Assembly: GCA_051294375.1 (NCBI GenBank)
Contig: CM119270.1
Location: forward strand, 16,364,152 to 16,428,151
Reading direction: 5' to 3'
DNA length: 64,000 bases
From: Paraspadella gotoi
Lineage: Eukaryota; Animalia; Chaetognatha
Shown: one piece after another, positions 22,506 to 49,047 of the stretch
Position numbering within the stretch: the first letter of the stretch is position 1
Layout of the letters: each line of letters begins with the position of its first letter
Made by a program: the position numbers and the translations under genes
Notes under the pieces: generated by a model
The model's input: only the letters and a program-made list of their open reading frames with translations
The model's database searches: none
Told to the model about the DNA's origin: nothing

Positions 22506-23056
22506 TACCAATTGGATATAATTTGCCTATAGTTGATTGCTCATTTGTTAAGACAGAAAAAACCTCAAATCTGACTGAATCGGACTGAATTTAGGTGAGA
22601 GTCCAAATCTGGCGATTGGAAAAAGTGGGAGACGGAAAAAAAAGAAAAAAAGAAAAAAAGAAAAAAAAGAAAGAATAAAAGAGAGAAAAAAGAAAAAGAA
22701 AAAAAGAAAGAAAAAGAAAAAGAAAGAAAGAAAGAAAGAAAAAAAGAAAAAAAGAAAAAAGACAAAAAGACAAAAAAAGAAAGAAAGTGAAAAAGATATA
22801 AAAAGAAAAAAAATAATCAAATTTAAAATGAAATGAGTCGTTTATATGAAAAAGACATTGTGAAGAAATACTAAACCAAGAAATTCTCACATGCAAATAC
22901 TAACTTTATTCGATTTTAAAGTTTTACAAAATTAATTCTAAAAATTAATTTAACTTCTTTACGCCCTGGTGATGACAGTTAGTGGTTTATTAAGGATTAA
23001 AAATCTGTGAGTTTTACGTAGTATATTCAATGACATATATATATAGCTAGTAGTTA

Positions 23057-23090
<34 letters not shown>

Positions 23091-23161
23091 GCTGTCTTTC
23101 CCTCGAGTTCAACAGATTTATTTTTCTTTCTTCTTCTTGACGTCAGGCCCAGGCTCTAAAA

Positions 23162-23227
<66 letters not shown>

Positions 23228-23516
23228 AATGTTGTGCCTTTATTATTGATAATACCTGAGGGTTCCTCATAAAAAGTTCAATGTTCTATGATGTAAAATT
23301 TTGTACATAATACAACTTTTTTTTATTTAAGTATTGTTAATTTATTACACATTCGAAAATTTAGGACGTTTGTGATTAAGATTATTCATAGTTTTCAATT
23401 TAATGGTTGATAACAAAAAAAATCTTATAAAGATTTATAACTTAATACTAAGAAAATCAATACCATTTTTCATAATAAAAAACGATTGAAACAGCTCTTT
23501 CGAAGTCGAAGATCCC

Positions 23517-23559
<43 letters not shown>

Positions 23560-23760
23560 CCTCCTCTCTCCTCTCTCTCTCTCTCTCCCTCTCTCTCTAT
23601 CTCTCTCTGACCCTTCATTACGGCTTTTTCATTCGTTCACCGATTGGTCACTCGTTCTCGAGTTCTTCAAATGGATTTATGGTTCAATTTAAATTAAGAA
23701 TAACAAAACATGCGCATTCTGCAACATTTGGTACTTATATATCAATAATTTTAAAAATTA

Positions 23761-23801
<41 letters not shown>

Positions 23802-23803
23802 CA

Positions 23804-23856
<53 letters not shown>

Positions 23857-24319
23857 TTCATCCTTCCATCCTTTTCATCCGAAGCGGACAACTTTTTAGC
23901 TCCGGAGACCTTGACCTCCATATTGATATTTGATAATGACCCCGCCGCCATATTCTGACCTCTCATTGAACCCTCTTGACCTACGAGACACAGAACTTTA
24001 TTAATTTCGTATCTCGGACTCGCGATTCTTTCGTCTTTTGGAACGGCGATAGCTTTTTTGATTACAAATATTAAAACAAAGATGAATATAAAATTAATTA
24101 ATACAAAAATGCGAATGAAGTTTTTAAGTATTATTCATTGAACAATATGTGTTTGTGATTAAGATTATTATTCAAGTTGTAAAGTTATTTAATTGTAAGT
24201 TTTTAACGAACTGTAATTAGATTATTCTATTATTTATAATTATATGTTTATTTACTATTTATTCAATTATCTTTTCTTTATTTTCCCTTAAGTTAGGCGC
24301 GTAATTTCTGCGCTAAATA

Positions 24320-24555
24320 TTCCGGTCTTCATCCGGCACCTCCCTATCATTTCCCGGCTCCCGTTTCCGGCTCCTAGTTCCGGATTCCGTTTCTCGCTCT
24401 TAGTTCCGGCTTCAAATTGCGGATTTGGTTTCGACAACTAAAAACTATTTCCGGTTTCAGAATCTGAGGCTTTTTTTGGGGTCGAAAGCGGAAGTTGAAA
24501 AGACGAGACACGCAAGACGCGTTGCCATGGAAACGCAGAAACGCGGAAACCTGAC
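24320..24555. promoter_or_regulatory. CpG-rich promoter-like cluster: several ETS-type TTCCGG/CGGAAG sites and an RFX X-box
   Basis: Repeated TTCCGG in 24320-24455, CGGAAGT at 24489 and GTTGCCATGGAAAC at 24521-24534. Confidence 0.45.
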
Positions 24556-24585
24556 GCGACCGGAGAAAGAAATGATGGACATTGA

Positions 24586-24677
<92 letters not shown>

Positions 24678-27600
24678 AAAAAAAATATTAAAGAAAAAAT
24701 TCTTCATTTCTCAGATTTAATTAAAATTTATTAATCAAGAATTCTGTCATGAGACGAAAGATTTTTCCGTTACGCTTCAACGAAAAGTAGCTTTAAATTA
24801 GTTCGTTCGTTTGTTCGGCTCATATAAATTCATTTTACTTCCTTTACCTTTTTATGCAAGTATTACGATTAAATTTCGCTTCCTAAATTTTCTTCAAACT
24901 TTTTGACGTCATTTTTATTCTTAAAGTTTTTTTAAAAATTTTTTTATAAAAAAAAAAAATGAGAATCACTGGCTCAAGTTTTTCTCCTCACAAAAATAAA
25001 AGTAAAGAATATACAGAGTAAAAAAAAAGGGATAAGCAATGAATAAATAAAAAGGGAGAGAGAGAGAAAAAAAAAAAGAGAGAACGATCGAACATACGAG
25101 AAATTTTCAAGAGAACGTTCAAACTTTTTTTTTCTTCTCTTTAATCAAAATCACTTCTTCGCCCGTTTCTTTTGGAAAAACATAACCGAATGCGTCGCAG
25201 CATCTCTCTAGTTAAGAGTTGATATCTTCGTCAGAGGTTATGAAATAATTCAGTTATGCTTCTAATCCCGCCACTTAGTTTTTAAATCCGTGTTGGAAAA
25301 TGGGTATGGATAAAAAAGACCAACTGGAAACAAAAAAATGATAAGGGAGAACGAATTTAACCGGGAAATGATACAAATTATGATGCATTTAATCTTCGAT
25401 TTCTGTTAAGTATTAAAAAAAACTTTTTCTCTTTTTTCTTGGATGTGGATCAAGGAAGCGGTAAGAAGATCTCAGCCCACCGACCTTCCCTGTGGATGTG
25501 TGGTTGGTTGTGCGATTGGGTTGATTGATTGAGTTGATTGATTGGGTTGATTGGGTTGATTAGGTTGATCGGGTCTATTGGGTTGATTTGTTGATTACTT
25601 TCGAATATCGAGAGATGGTAGGTTTTTTGTCTCGTTAAAATGAAATTATATGGAACACTAATATTATATTCTTTACCTTTTTCCTACTAGATTGATAACA
25701 GAAAATGCGGGGAACCGGAGGAGATGTCACTAAAATGTTATCGTAAGTTTTTTTTATAATTAAGCTTTCAAAATAGATTTTAATTGCCTCGGTTTTTCGG
25801 CAAAAGTATATACATTCTACTAAATTTATTCACCTTACGAGGAAAAAAAATCGATCGGTCTTAAAAGTGAAAAAAGAAACGACTTCTTTGAACCAAAACA
25901 TAAAAGTAATCGCGGGTTTAATGTAAACAAAAGTCTCAAACAAAAGGCCCCTTCGATGAATGACCTACGATCGAGGCGGCTACGGAGAAAGAAATTTCAC
26001 TTTCTTCACAAATTTATTAATCGATTCGATTTGAACGTAAAAAAAATTTCTTTTTTTTTTAAATATTGTTTTTTTATTTTTTTTTTATTTTTCTTGGATC
26101 GAAAAGTGATTAGCCTCCGTCAGAAAATCAAAACATTAGCGCGATTAAACCGACGATGACCGTAATTCTTTTTCGTCATTAATTTCATTTAATTTTATTT
26201 CTTTTTATTTTTTTTTCTAAAATATTTTGAAACTGGTTCCCGATTCGTTCCTTCGATATTCGAAGCCTCGTTAATATTTTTTCTTTCACGTCTTTTTTTT
26301 TAAGATTCGAGATCAAAAAAACGTCAAGAGACTCGAACGTGTTCTTTAGCCGATGCGTCGAATGTTGAAGACATCCCTCTAAGTCTTTTTTATCTTTAGG
26401 TGTTTGTTTAAAGGAAGAAAAATCATTAGTGCAGTCATTCCATTTTGGAATATGACGTAAAAAGTGGCTAGAGTAGATTAAAACATAAACTAGTAGAATT
26501 TGTAATGGTTTTTGTTTAACTCGTTATTTTTCCATGCTATAAAATTATATACAATTTTTTAAAAAAATTTCACAATTCTTTTTTTCAATTTGGTTGACTC
26601 TCGTATTTTAAAATCAATTGAATTTAATAGTTGGTACGCAATTCTTTTAAAATTCTTTTAAAACAAAATTGGAATGATAGTTTTGTTTAGTTTAATTTTA
26701 AGAATAATGATTGAGTCATCAACGATTTATTTGTCCTGATAAAAATCATAACAGTTTGTTTGCTCTAGAAATAAAAAAAAACAAAAACTTTCTCTCAATC
26801 ATCACATTTAAATCCAAAACAAAAATTTCTTTTTCAATTCGATGCCTCGAAATTACCGACTTTGATAACCGTCGTTTTACGACATTTCCACGATTACATT
26901 ATTCTTTCTTGTCAAAGGCGGTTTGTTTAATTCGTTGTTTAAACCCGGGTAGCCGATCTTACAGAGCAAGAAATAGGCGGGGAACCCCGGGTCGACGTGG
27001 CTCAAATTGGACCGACAGTCCTTAAGCTTTGTTGTCTCTTTAATTTGGGTCGACCACCGAGGAGGACACGTTCCACACTCGACTGAGGACGAGTTTAAGA
27101 TCGCGTGGATCGAGACGTGGGCATCTGTGGTCGATGATACTCGTTCGCGGGATATATATCAACTATATACAAGAAAATGTAAACACTTTTGATTAATATT
27201 GTTTAATGTTTATAGCGTGTATTTTAAAATTTTAAAGTGAACTATTTACCAAGACCATATATCAACCAAGTGATAAATAAATGAATTTAACTTCCACGAA
27301 TCATTTGAAATTGAATAGATCAGTAAATCGGGAAAATAAAAGAGTCGATAAATTACGCATTATTATTTCAATTCATCGACCAAAAAATCAAAGTTTATTT
27401 ATGTCACTATATGTTTTTCTAGAATTTCGTTTTTTTATCTTCTCCTCCTCCTCCTCTTCCGCCTTCTCCTCCTCCTCCTACTTCTCCCCCTCCTCCTCAT
27501 TCACTTCATTCCGGATTCCACTCAGTCTTTGATGTTGTTTCAGATTCCATTTCGCTTATGAGTATTTAGGGCGTCGCTTTCATCGCCTCTGACTCCCAAT

Positions 27601-27913
27601 CTAAGATGACGACGACGACGACGACGACGACAACAACGTCGTTCGCGACAAAGATGAGGACAAGGGTAATGACGAAAACTCAATCTTCTCGTGGAAAATG
27701 AAGTTGAGGACGGAAAAGATTCATCGATGATGAGCAAAAAACGAGGAACTGGTTTTCGTTTGTTGTAACAAGGATTAACACAAGCTTATATTTATCTTTA
27801 TTGACCTAATTACGGCGACGTTGTTTTTAATCCGCTATTGTCTTCGCAACGTTTATGAAATTGGTACATTCAATAAACTAGCTATCTTTGAATTAGAATA
27901 CCGAAATACAAAC

Positions 27914-40230
<12,317 letters not shown>

Positions 40231-40255
40231 NNNNNNNNNNNNNNNNNNNNNNNNN

Positions 40256-40287
<32 letters not shown>

Positions 40288-42359
40288 TCCATTTCCTCCC
40301 TTCCCTCTCCGCCATTTGCCCTTTCGTTCATTATTCAAAAAACTTGAAGAGGTTTTGTTTGGTCGGTGTTCCCCTTCCGCCCCCACACGGCACGGCCGCC
40401 CCGCACGGCCGCCCGGCCCGCCCGGCCCGCCCGCGCTGGGACCCTGAAAATTCAAGAGGCTTTTATGTTTTTTTCGCGGTTTTTTTTTCGGACTTTAAAG
40501 GTGGAAATCGGGAGGAGGAGGAGGAGGAGGAGTAGGGAAGAGGGAAAAACGTGGATGCGGGTTTTTAGGAGAAGAAAATGGTTGGTCGGTGAAAGTGGAT
40601 TTCTTAGAAATGGTGAGATGGATTAGCGAGGAAGAAAGTGAAAATAAATGGGAGGGTAAATGGAGAGGACGGAAGGATAGACTGAGTAGGGGAGAAAGGA
40701 TAGATTGAAGAAGAGAGAAAGGAAGGGTAAAAAGTTGAGCGGGAGACAACGAATCGGTGGCATTGAGTGAGTGGCATCGAGGGAATGACACGGTCCAAAA
40801 TTTCGTGAATTTTAGCGACGTATCTCAGGAGAAAACTATGAAAATCTCCCGGGGGTTCATTACAGTGACTTTCACAATCGGCGGCGGCGTCACTGACAGC
40901 GGGGGAGACGAAATCAATGACAGCTGAGGAGACGATGACAAAGGCCATCGCAATGACATCGGCGACGACGATGACAACGACGACGGCTGCGTCTCCGTTG
41001 GTTGGACGTAAAACAGAGGAAACGAGGATTCGAAAACAAATGGAGCGAAGAAGTAAAACGAGTGAGTAAGTGGACAGTTGGAGGAGGAAGGGAGGAAAGG
41101 AAAGAGGGGAGGAAAGAAGAGTGTTGAGGGAAGGCAAGAGAGAAGGGAAAGGGGAGGAGAGAAGGGATGGGAGGAAGAAAAAGAGAGAAGGAAAAGGAGA
41201 GAAGAGGATGAAAAAAATAATGAAATAAAGAAAGGGAGATAGGAACTAGGAAGAAATGCAAAATAAAAAGACGAAAAGAAAGGAAAGAGCGAAGGAAGGT
41301 AAGAAAAAAAAGGGCGAATGGGGAAACGTTCGCCAAAAAAAAAGAAAAGAAAAAGAAAAGAAAAAGAAAAGAAAAAAAGGAGGAAAATGGGTGAAGGAAA
41401 AAGTAGAACAGAAAAGTTAAAACGATTAATGACTCTTGGGCGAAAAAACGACGACGACGACGAACGACGACGACGACGACGATGACGACGACGACGACGA
41501 CGACGACGAATGTCGAACGACAAAAGACCCACGACGATAAAAATGACGATTCGACTCGAGGATAAAAATAGAAAAAAAAAGAAAGAAAAAAAAAGAAGAA
41601 AAGAAAAGAAAATAATGTCGAGGAGAGAAGCGGGAAAAAAATGAGGGAGAGTTTTTCGTTGTTCCATTCACGTCGAGAGAAGAGAAGGGAGGGAGGAGGA
41701 GGGGGGCGTTTGGGTGAAGCGCTTAGGTAGAGACCGGGCGCTTTCACACGATCACGTGATTTCCCTCCACCTTTCGCCGTGAATGAAGAATCACTCGGGG
41801 TCCGTGAACTTCACGATTCCGATTCCACTTTCGCTCCGCGAATCTCGTCGGGAACCTTCATCAATCTTTGCTCTCTCTCTCTCTCGTTCATCCTTCGTCA
41901 TCCTCTCTCTCTCTTCTCTGGTGCTCTCTTCTCTCTCTCGTCTGCTCTCCTCATCAGTCTCACACGGGCTCATCCTCTCCTTCGTTATTCCTCTCTGTCA
42001 TTCTCTCTCGTCTCTCCCGGACCTCCTGTCCGCTGCGCTCTCTCGTCCCCTGGAGAGTCTCTCTCTCCTGACATTCACGTCGTTGTCCTCCTCTCTCTCT
42101 CTCTCTCTCTACATTCTCTCTTTCTCAAAACTACACAGTTAATTCGGTTAACTTTTATAGAGGTGAATTTTCCGCAAGGTACCAACTTTCTAACACGTCG
42201 GGCGCAAAATGTTTCACATTTTCTTTTTTTTTTTAAAAAAAAAAATCTTTACTAGATGTCGTTTTATTCCCCAATCGATTCACTTACTGATATTACATTA
42301 ACTCTCCTCGTTTTTTAATTTATTTGACTTGCTTCCTTTCCCTGTAAAGAGAGAGATTC

Positions 42360-43040
42360 GAATTATCTCCTTCCCGACTTCTTCTTTTTTCAAACTCACT
42401 TCACGCGTCATTTTCGCTCGATTCTTCACTTCCGGTGACAGATTTGGACAATGAAGGATCGCTCTCCCGTTCCTCTCTTCTTCTCTCTCTCTCTTCGCCT
42501 CTCTCTTCTCTGTGATAACGAGGAGATTTCAGCCGTTANNNNNNNNNNNNNNNNNNNNNNNNNTTGCATTTCTCCTCTCTCTTTCCCTTCTCTCCTTATC
42601 TTTTCTCTCTTCTTCTCTCTCTTTCAAAACCGCCTCACTTCTCTCACCCATTTTCCCTTCCTCTCCTCGATAATCTCAACACCCTCCCTTTCCCCTCTTT
42701 CTCCCCCTACCCTTTCACTTCTCTCTTCTTTCCTCGTTCTTCCTCTCCTCCTTTCTACTCCCCTCTCCCCAATCCCTTCCTCTCTTGGTTCTTCCTCTCA
42801 CTCTTTCCCTCCCTCTCCTCTATCGCTCCCCCACACAACCCCCCAATTTTCCTTTCGATTATCTCCTTCCCGACTTCTTCTTTTTTCAAACTCACTTCAC
42901 GCGTCATTTTCGCTCGATTCTTCACTTCCCGGTGACAGATTTGGACAATGAAGGATCGCTCCCCGTCCATCTCTTTCTCTCTCTCTCTCTCTCTCTCGCC
43001 TCTCTCTCTTGTGATAACGAGGAGATTTTCGCCGTTACTT
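42360..43040 (+). repeat. ~180-bp direct duplication (42360-42538 / 42858-43038) across a 25-N gap
   Basis: ATTATCTCCTTCCCGACTTC...GTGATAACGAGGAGATTT occurs twice. Confidence 0.85.
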
Positions 43041-44218
43041 CCGCCGCTGAATTTACGCGAATCTTTTTCCCTCCCTAGTCTTATTCTTTCTTTTTATCTC
43101 TCTCTTTTTTTTTCTTCCGCCGCTGAATTTACGCGAATCATTTTTTTCCCTCCCTAGTCTTATCTTTCTTTTTCGTTCCTTCATTTTCCGGAATTATCAT
43201 ATCGGATATTAGATAATAGTTTAATTCATTTATGCGGAAGACTGAGATTAGCAGTCTTTCTCGACTGCGTTTCGTTACTCCCACAAAAAAGAATATAAAA
43301 CTGCCAGAAGTTTGTTTCTTCCAACAAAACTATGCTCAATCAATCAATGACTAACCAATAAAAATAATCAAATAACTATTTAGTTGCACAAGTTAACATT
43401 TAATCAATGATGGTATATAAGCGAGAAAACTAAAAAAGATAATGAAGCTATGATAAAATTATGAATTCTAAAAACTGTAACTACCTCTGTTGGACACTGC
43501 AGTCGTACATAACCAATACAAATACCCCAATACTCCAATATCCCGTGCCCATGTCTTCCTTCCCGTCCGCCACCGTTCGATTCCAATTTTCTCTCCCGAG
43601 GTGGCGCTACGTCATCCGCGCCACGTCATCGCCGTTTCGGTTCCAGTCGGCGACGACGCGAAGAGAAAAAGATCGTAAAGCATTTGACGTCTTAACGAAG
43701 AAGATGAGAAAAAGGAGAAATAATGACGTAACGAGGTAATGAAGGTATGACGTAATTGGTTTGACTCTATTAACGACTCGTCAGGGTTCGGTTCATAAAT
43801 CGATTCGCAGTCGAAGACCAGAGAAGTCGATGATGGGGTTTTGGGGGGGTGAAGTGAGAGGAGAGGAGAAGAGGGGGAGGAGAGAAGGAGGAAGGGGAGG
43901 AAGAATAGCTGAGAAAGAAGAAATATTTGAAAAAAAAAATTTATAAGTGTTTATTATCAATAGCTTTTTAAGTATAAGATTTACTTGTTGAACTAAATAA
44001 CGAATTTTTTTTCAAGTATGCTACCCAAGAAAGAAAATGCTGTTTGAAAACGTAACAGGTTATTATGGAATTACATTAGAAAAGATATAATCTACCTAAC
44101 TACAAGAGTATCATGTAAAATGTATTGTATATGTGGTATTATTATTGTATTATTGTATAAGTAGTCTTCTTTTCTTAATCTTCTCACGAAGTGACTGTGC
44201 TCCAGTCCCCCGACTCCC

Positions 44219-46395
44219 CTACTCCTCATCCTTCAGCGGCGTTCTCCGCCGCAAACACGCCGCGGCCGCCAACGCCGCCGCCGCCGCAGCGTTCGACGCC
44301 GCGTGGACAAAGTAAGCGGCGTCCTGCGTCCGGAATCGATCGACGAGGGCGCCGGCTATGAGAGGAATCGCGAAGCCGACGGCGACCGAGAGATTCAAGA
44401 AGCCGACGAGACTTTCCAAGTGGCGCCGCCCCATCAAGTCGGTCATCAGCGGCGCCCTCAGAACCAAAGAGAGACCGTACATGGCGCCGTGGAAGACGGC
44501 GTAGGCGGAATAGAAGGCGTAGGAGGTGAGGAAAGGGAGGAGAAAGTCGGCGCCGCCGGCGAGGGTAAGGCAGACGACGCCGACATGGCGCCAATGGACG
44601 CTCCGGGATGGTGGGTGGAGTAAGGAGACCGAAGATGGGGTGACTTGAGAGAAGGGGGAAGGGGGCGGGGGAGGGGGTGGGAATGGCGTGGGTGAAAACC
44701 GGGAGAAGGTAGAGGGGAAAAGAAAAGAGTTGAAGCAATGAAAGCGAAACAGCTCTGATTGGTATTGACTTAGAAGGCGGGGTAAATACGTAATGTCGCC
44801 ACACAGTGGTTTCGATGTTACTGTGCTGTCAGATCCGAAAGTCGGAGACTTGGATTTTACGAACGGAGATCGACTGTGCGCGGTCACCTTTTCCACCAAT
44901 GGAACTAATTTCAAACAAGCGATTGCGAAAATTGCGTTGTCCAGCTCAGCATTTGGTCGGGTCCTTTCTTATTGAGAGAAACTTACATCAACGTCACCTA
45001 GTATTTGAAGCCCACATCAATATTTTCTTAACTTTACTTAATACTCAACATCTTCAAAACAAAACATTTCACAGCCTCTCATCAATTCACTCAACAACTT
45101 CACAACTTCAAAACAACTCAGAAACTCACCGACGATCATCGTGAAGTGTTCGTAGGACAACAATAGAGCAGCCTTCATGCCCGACACCCCGCGCTCGACC
45201 GCGAGGGCGGGCAGATAGATGGGCGACCAGTTGATGCAAGCGACGGAGGCCATTTGGGAGAAAAGGAAGAGGACAAAGACGGGATCTCGGAGGAGAGAGA
45301 GATTGAAACCGAGGTCGTTGCAATCTGGACGATGGCAGATGGAAGAGGGTGAGCAGAGGGAAACTGAAAAAAAAAGTTGATTTTAAAAAAGAATTAGTCG
45401 CGGTTGAATTTTACGTAGTTACTCTTCTCGATTTCTTGATTTCTTGATTCTCTCAATTTTAAGTTAATTTTGGAGAAAGATACAATAAATATTTACCCAA
45501 TTGTTGCGTTGCGGCTGTACTACGTCACTATTATCACTATGAAAATTTATTTCACATCAAAATTTTGATACAGTAACACAGTTCCAGACATAGTTTTCTC
45601 CAGAAACTCACTTCTAGATTCCGTTGAAGACGTGCTGCTCGAGTCACCCGAACAACCTTCCTCTTTCTCTTTCAACATCGTTTCTTTTTGTTCTTCGGTA
45701 TTCAGCGAGATCCGGTTCTTTCTCTCGGAAGCCGTTTCCACCGCATAACTATCCGGATAACTCTCCGGAATCGTCTTCTTTGCCGGATAACTGTCGGCGA
45801 TGGGCCTCGTCAAGGCGCCGATGACGAAAGACTCGAGGAGAATTCCCGCCACCACGATCATCATCCCGCGAAACCCGAACTCCTGCACCAGCAGCTCCAC
45901 CAGCGGCGGCAGGACGATGCCGCCCAGCGCCAGGCCGAAGTAGACGATTCCGAAGACGAGGGCGAGGCGCCGCTGGAAATACTGCAGCACCGCCAGGTAG
46001 GAGGCGTTGTAGACGAAGCCGGAAGCGACGCCCATGCAAACGCCGTAGGTGAGGTAAAGCTGCGTCACCGAGGAAGCGAAGGACGACGCCAGCGCGCCGC
46101 CGACGAGAAAGACGCTAGAGACGAAGATGAGACGCCGTGGAGTGGCGCCGCGATTAACTGCCACTGCGACGAGCGGCGCCGCGCCGCTGTTGAAGAAGTG
46201 GACGAGGACACCGATTGCGGCGAGCTGATCGACCGAGGCCGTCGGGTAAGTTCGTTGGAAGTGAACCAAGTAGACGCCGAAACATTTCTCGACGCTGGAG
46301 AAGACGGTTAACCAGAGGGCGCAGCCGACGACGGCGAACCAAGCGAAGACACCGCCCTCTGTCGGTGGGAAGCGGTGGGAGGAAGACGGCGCCAT
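44219..46395 (-). CDS. Monocarboxylate transporter-like (SLC16/MCT family, MFS)
   Basis: Exons 46395-45612 (PPTEGGVFAW, like the MCT PPDGGWGW motif; YFQRRLALVFG like YFxKRRxLAxG), 45363-45130 (FNLSLLRDPVF) and 44643-44219 (DLMG...GALVD), with GT-AG and consistent phases. A further acceptor at ~46455 implies a 5'UTR intron. Confidence 0.9.
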
Positions 46396-49004
46396 TTTTT
46401 GGAGAAAAAGGTTTTTATTTTATTCTAAGTTTTTAAATTTATATAAATTTATATCTGAAAGAAAAGAAGAGGTCATTCGAAAGGCAATCAGTCAGTTGTT
46501 CATAAATCAAAAACAAATCAAAGAGAATTTAAAAATAAATGTTTTAAAATTACAATTGAAATGATTTAAAGTTTAAAAAAAGGTGTCATCTCTGAGCTTT
46601 CGTGCTCAGGTCGACGAAATGGGCGGGTGGATTTACAAGTTGACTCAAGCAGACAAAATCTGTTCGAGAAATAAAAAAATGATGGAAACAGGTTTTTTAA
46701 GTATAACACCAAATATATTAGTTGCTTGACCACCTTGAGTGTAGGTGCGTATTTATAAATACGTTCTACAACCATTACAAACGTGATGTAGAAAATGACT
46801 CTTATTTTCTACGCCCCGCAAGGTCGAGCGTTCGAGGTGGCGGCCGTCCGAGGACCAGTTTGAGCATATGTCCGCAAATTCTTGCAGGCTCTCTAAATCT
46901 TGAGAGTGGAAATAAATCTCGAAAACGTGGGGTAATTTCCGAAAACGTTCTATTTTATGAAGAATAAATAATAAAAATTGTGGTTTAAAACGTGAAATCT
47001 GTGGAACCTGTGAAAACTTTGGTTCCTGATGACCGTACTATTTTTTGAAATTGGTTCTTCACGAATAATCAGTATCTCAAAACTTGGGCTAAAAGAAGCC
47101 AAATAAAGGTGACCAGACAGCCGAAAGAATCGGTCAAAAGATTGACCGGAGGAGAGACAATATTTTACACCTGATGATACCAGGCTAGCAGTAATACCGT
47201 TTAAATTTGTCTTCGCGCTCGTCAAATTTTTAAGAAGCGCGAGATTTAGAGAAAGACCAGGAAAATACTTTTAATTATTATTACGACATAATGAATTAAA
47301 AACTTCAAATATAGTGTTAATGTGACAATGGGCGCGTCTTATGTCAATTTCTCATTTAACATGGGATGTATCAGATTTTAATATTTGTTTTATTTATAAA
47401 AAAAAAGATTACTTTATTACGTGTCTTGAAATGCGTAGAATTATTAAAATTGATTATATTAATATATGTATTTCAGGATCGCCGTCCACATCGTGGTCGT
47501 CGATCGTTTTCCACTTGGCCTTCGTCGTCGTCGTCGTCGTCGTCGATCGTCGTCGTCGTCAAAGTCATCGATAACAAAACCAAAAGAAAAGAAAAACTTT
47601 CCATTTTTCCCGAAGGCGTAAGGTTGCGACCTCAATCGCGGCGCGCCGCGCCGCCTGCCGCCGCCGCCGCCGCCGCCCGCCGCCACCAGCCGCCGCCCGC
47701 CGCCGGCCACCGCTCCTCGTCGCCATTTCCGTTCTTTGGCAATCGCGTCACAGATTTGATCCAAGGCGTATTTGTCCAAAAAATGAGAATCTCTCTCTCT
47801 CTCTCCTCTCTCTCTCCCTTCTTCTTTTCCATCATCTCTCTCTCGTCTCTCTCTCTCTCTCTCATCTCTCCCTACAACACCGCTTCGTGTCGACGGTCTT
47901 CCTCGCGAGGGCGCGTTGACGTGAAATAGGGTCGGCGTCTCGCGCATGGCCGCGTGGTGCGTTTTTCGATCCGCGCGTCCACGAATCCGTCGCACGAAGA
48001 ATCCGCACTCGAGGAAGCTTGAAAACGCTGACGTCGTTGTTTCTTATAGTAAAATCCGTTGTCACACGCACGCATCAGAGCGCATGTTTCATGTGCACGC
48101 GCACGGTGTTCTTTTTATTCGGATTCCGTTACCGCGTCGTCGCACGTAGCGTTGATGCGTCCGTTTCCGTTTCGGCGCGGGAGGCGGGACTGCGGCGAGA
48201 GGACGACGTCGAAAAAGGCCGCCGCACCACATCCGCGCGGTGGTCCAGGGGCTGAGGTCACTGTCAGGGGTCACGAGTGGGGGTCGTCGGGTTAGATACG
48301 CGAACATGCGAAAGGGGAGAGACGGGGGACCGGAGTTGGGCGAGAGGGGGGAGAAGCGAGGGAGTAGGGGGGTAGGTGGTGATGGAATGATACCGTTGGT
48401 GAACGGGGATCAATGAGAAAACCGAGGAAGTGAAAGGTTGGCCCTGGGATGGTAACTCGAGGGTGTACAAGAAAAGGCGCCTGAAAAAAACTGGTAAGTT
48501 CCCCGTGAGGCTGAGGAGAAAGTGTTGAAAAAGGAAAATTTCTCTGAGTGAGGGAAGGGCGGGGTTTTTGGATGGAGAGGAAAAGGAGAACCACGGGGAC
48601 GGGATGAGGGCAACAGCCGGTTGAACCCATCTGCAATAGAGATACATCACGTAGCAGAAAAGGAAAATGGGGAAGAAAAAAAAAGGAAGATGAAAGGAAG
48701 ACAATTGTTTGANNNNNNNNNNNNNNNNNNNNNNNNNNNNNNNNNNNNNNNNNNNNNNNNNNNNNNNNNNNNNNNNNNNNNNNNNNNNNNNNNNNNNNNN
48801 NNNNNNNNNNNNNNNNNNNNNNNNNNNNGAGAGAGAGAGAGAGTCTTGTATGTCGCTTTATTCATGAATTTTTTTATGATCGGCTTTTATTTATAACATA
48901 GAAATAGTTAAAACCGTTTATGAACAGAGGGTTTAGTACAAATTTAAAAGAAAATAAGTTCCGCTTTTTTTAATTCCCTCTCCTCTTTCTCCATCTCTCT
49001 CTCA

Positions 49005-49047
<43 letters not shown>

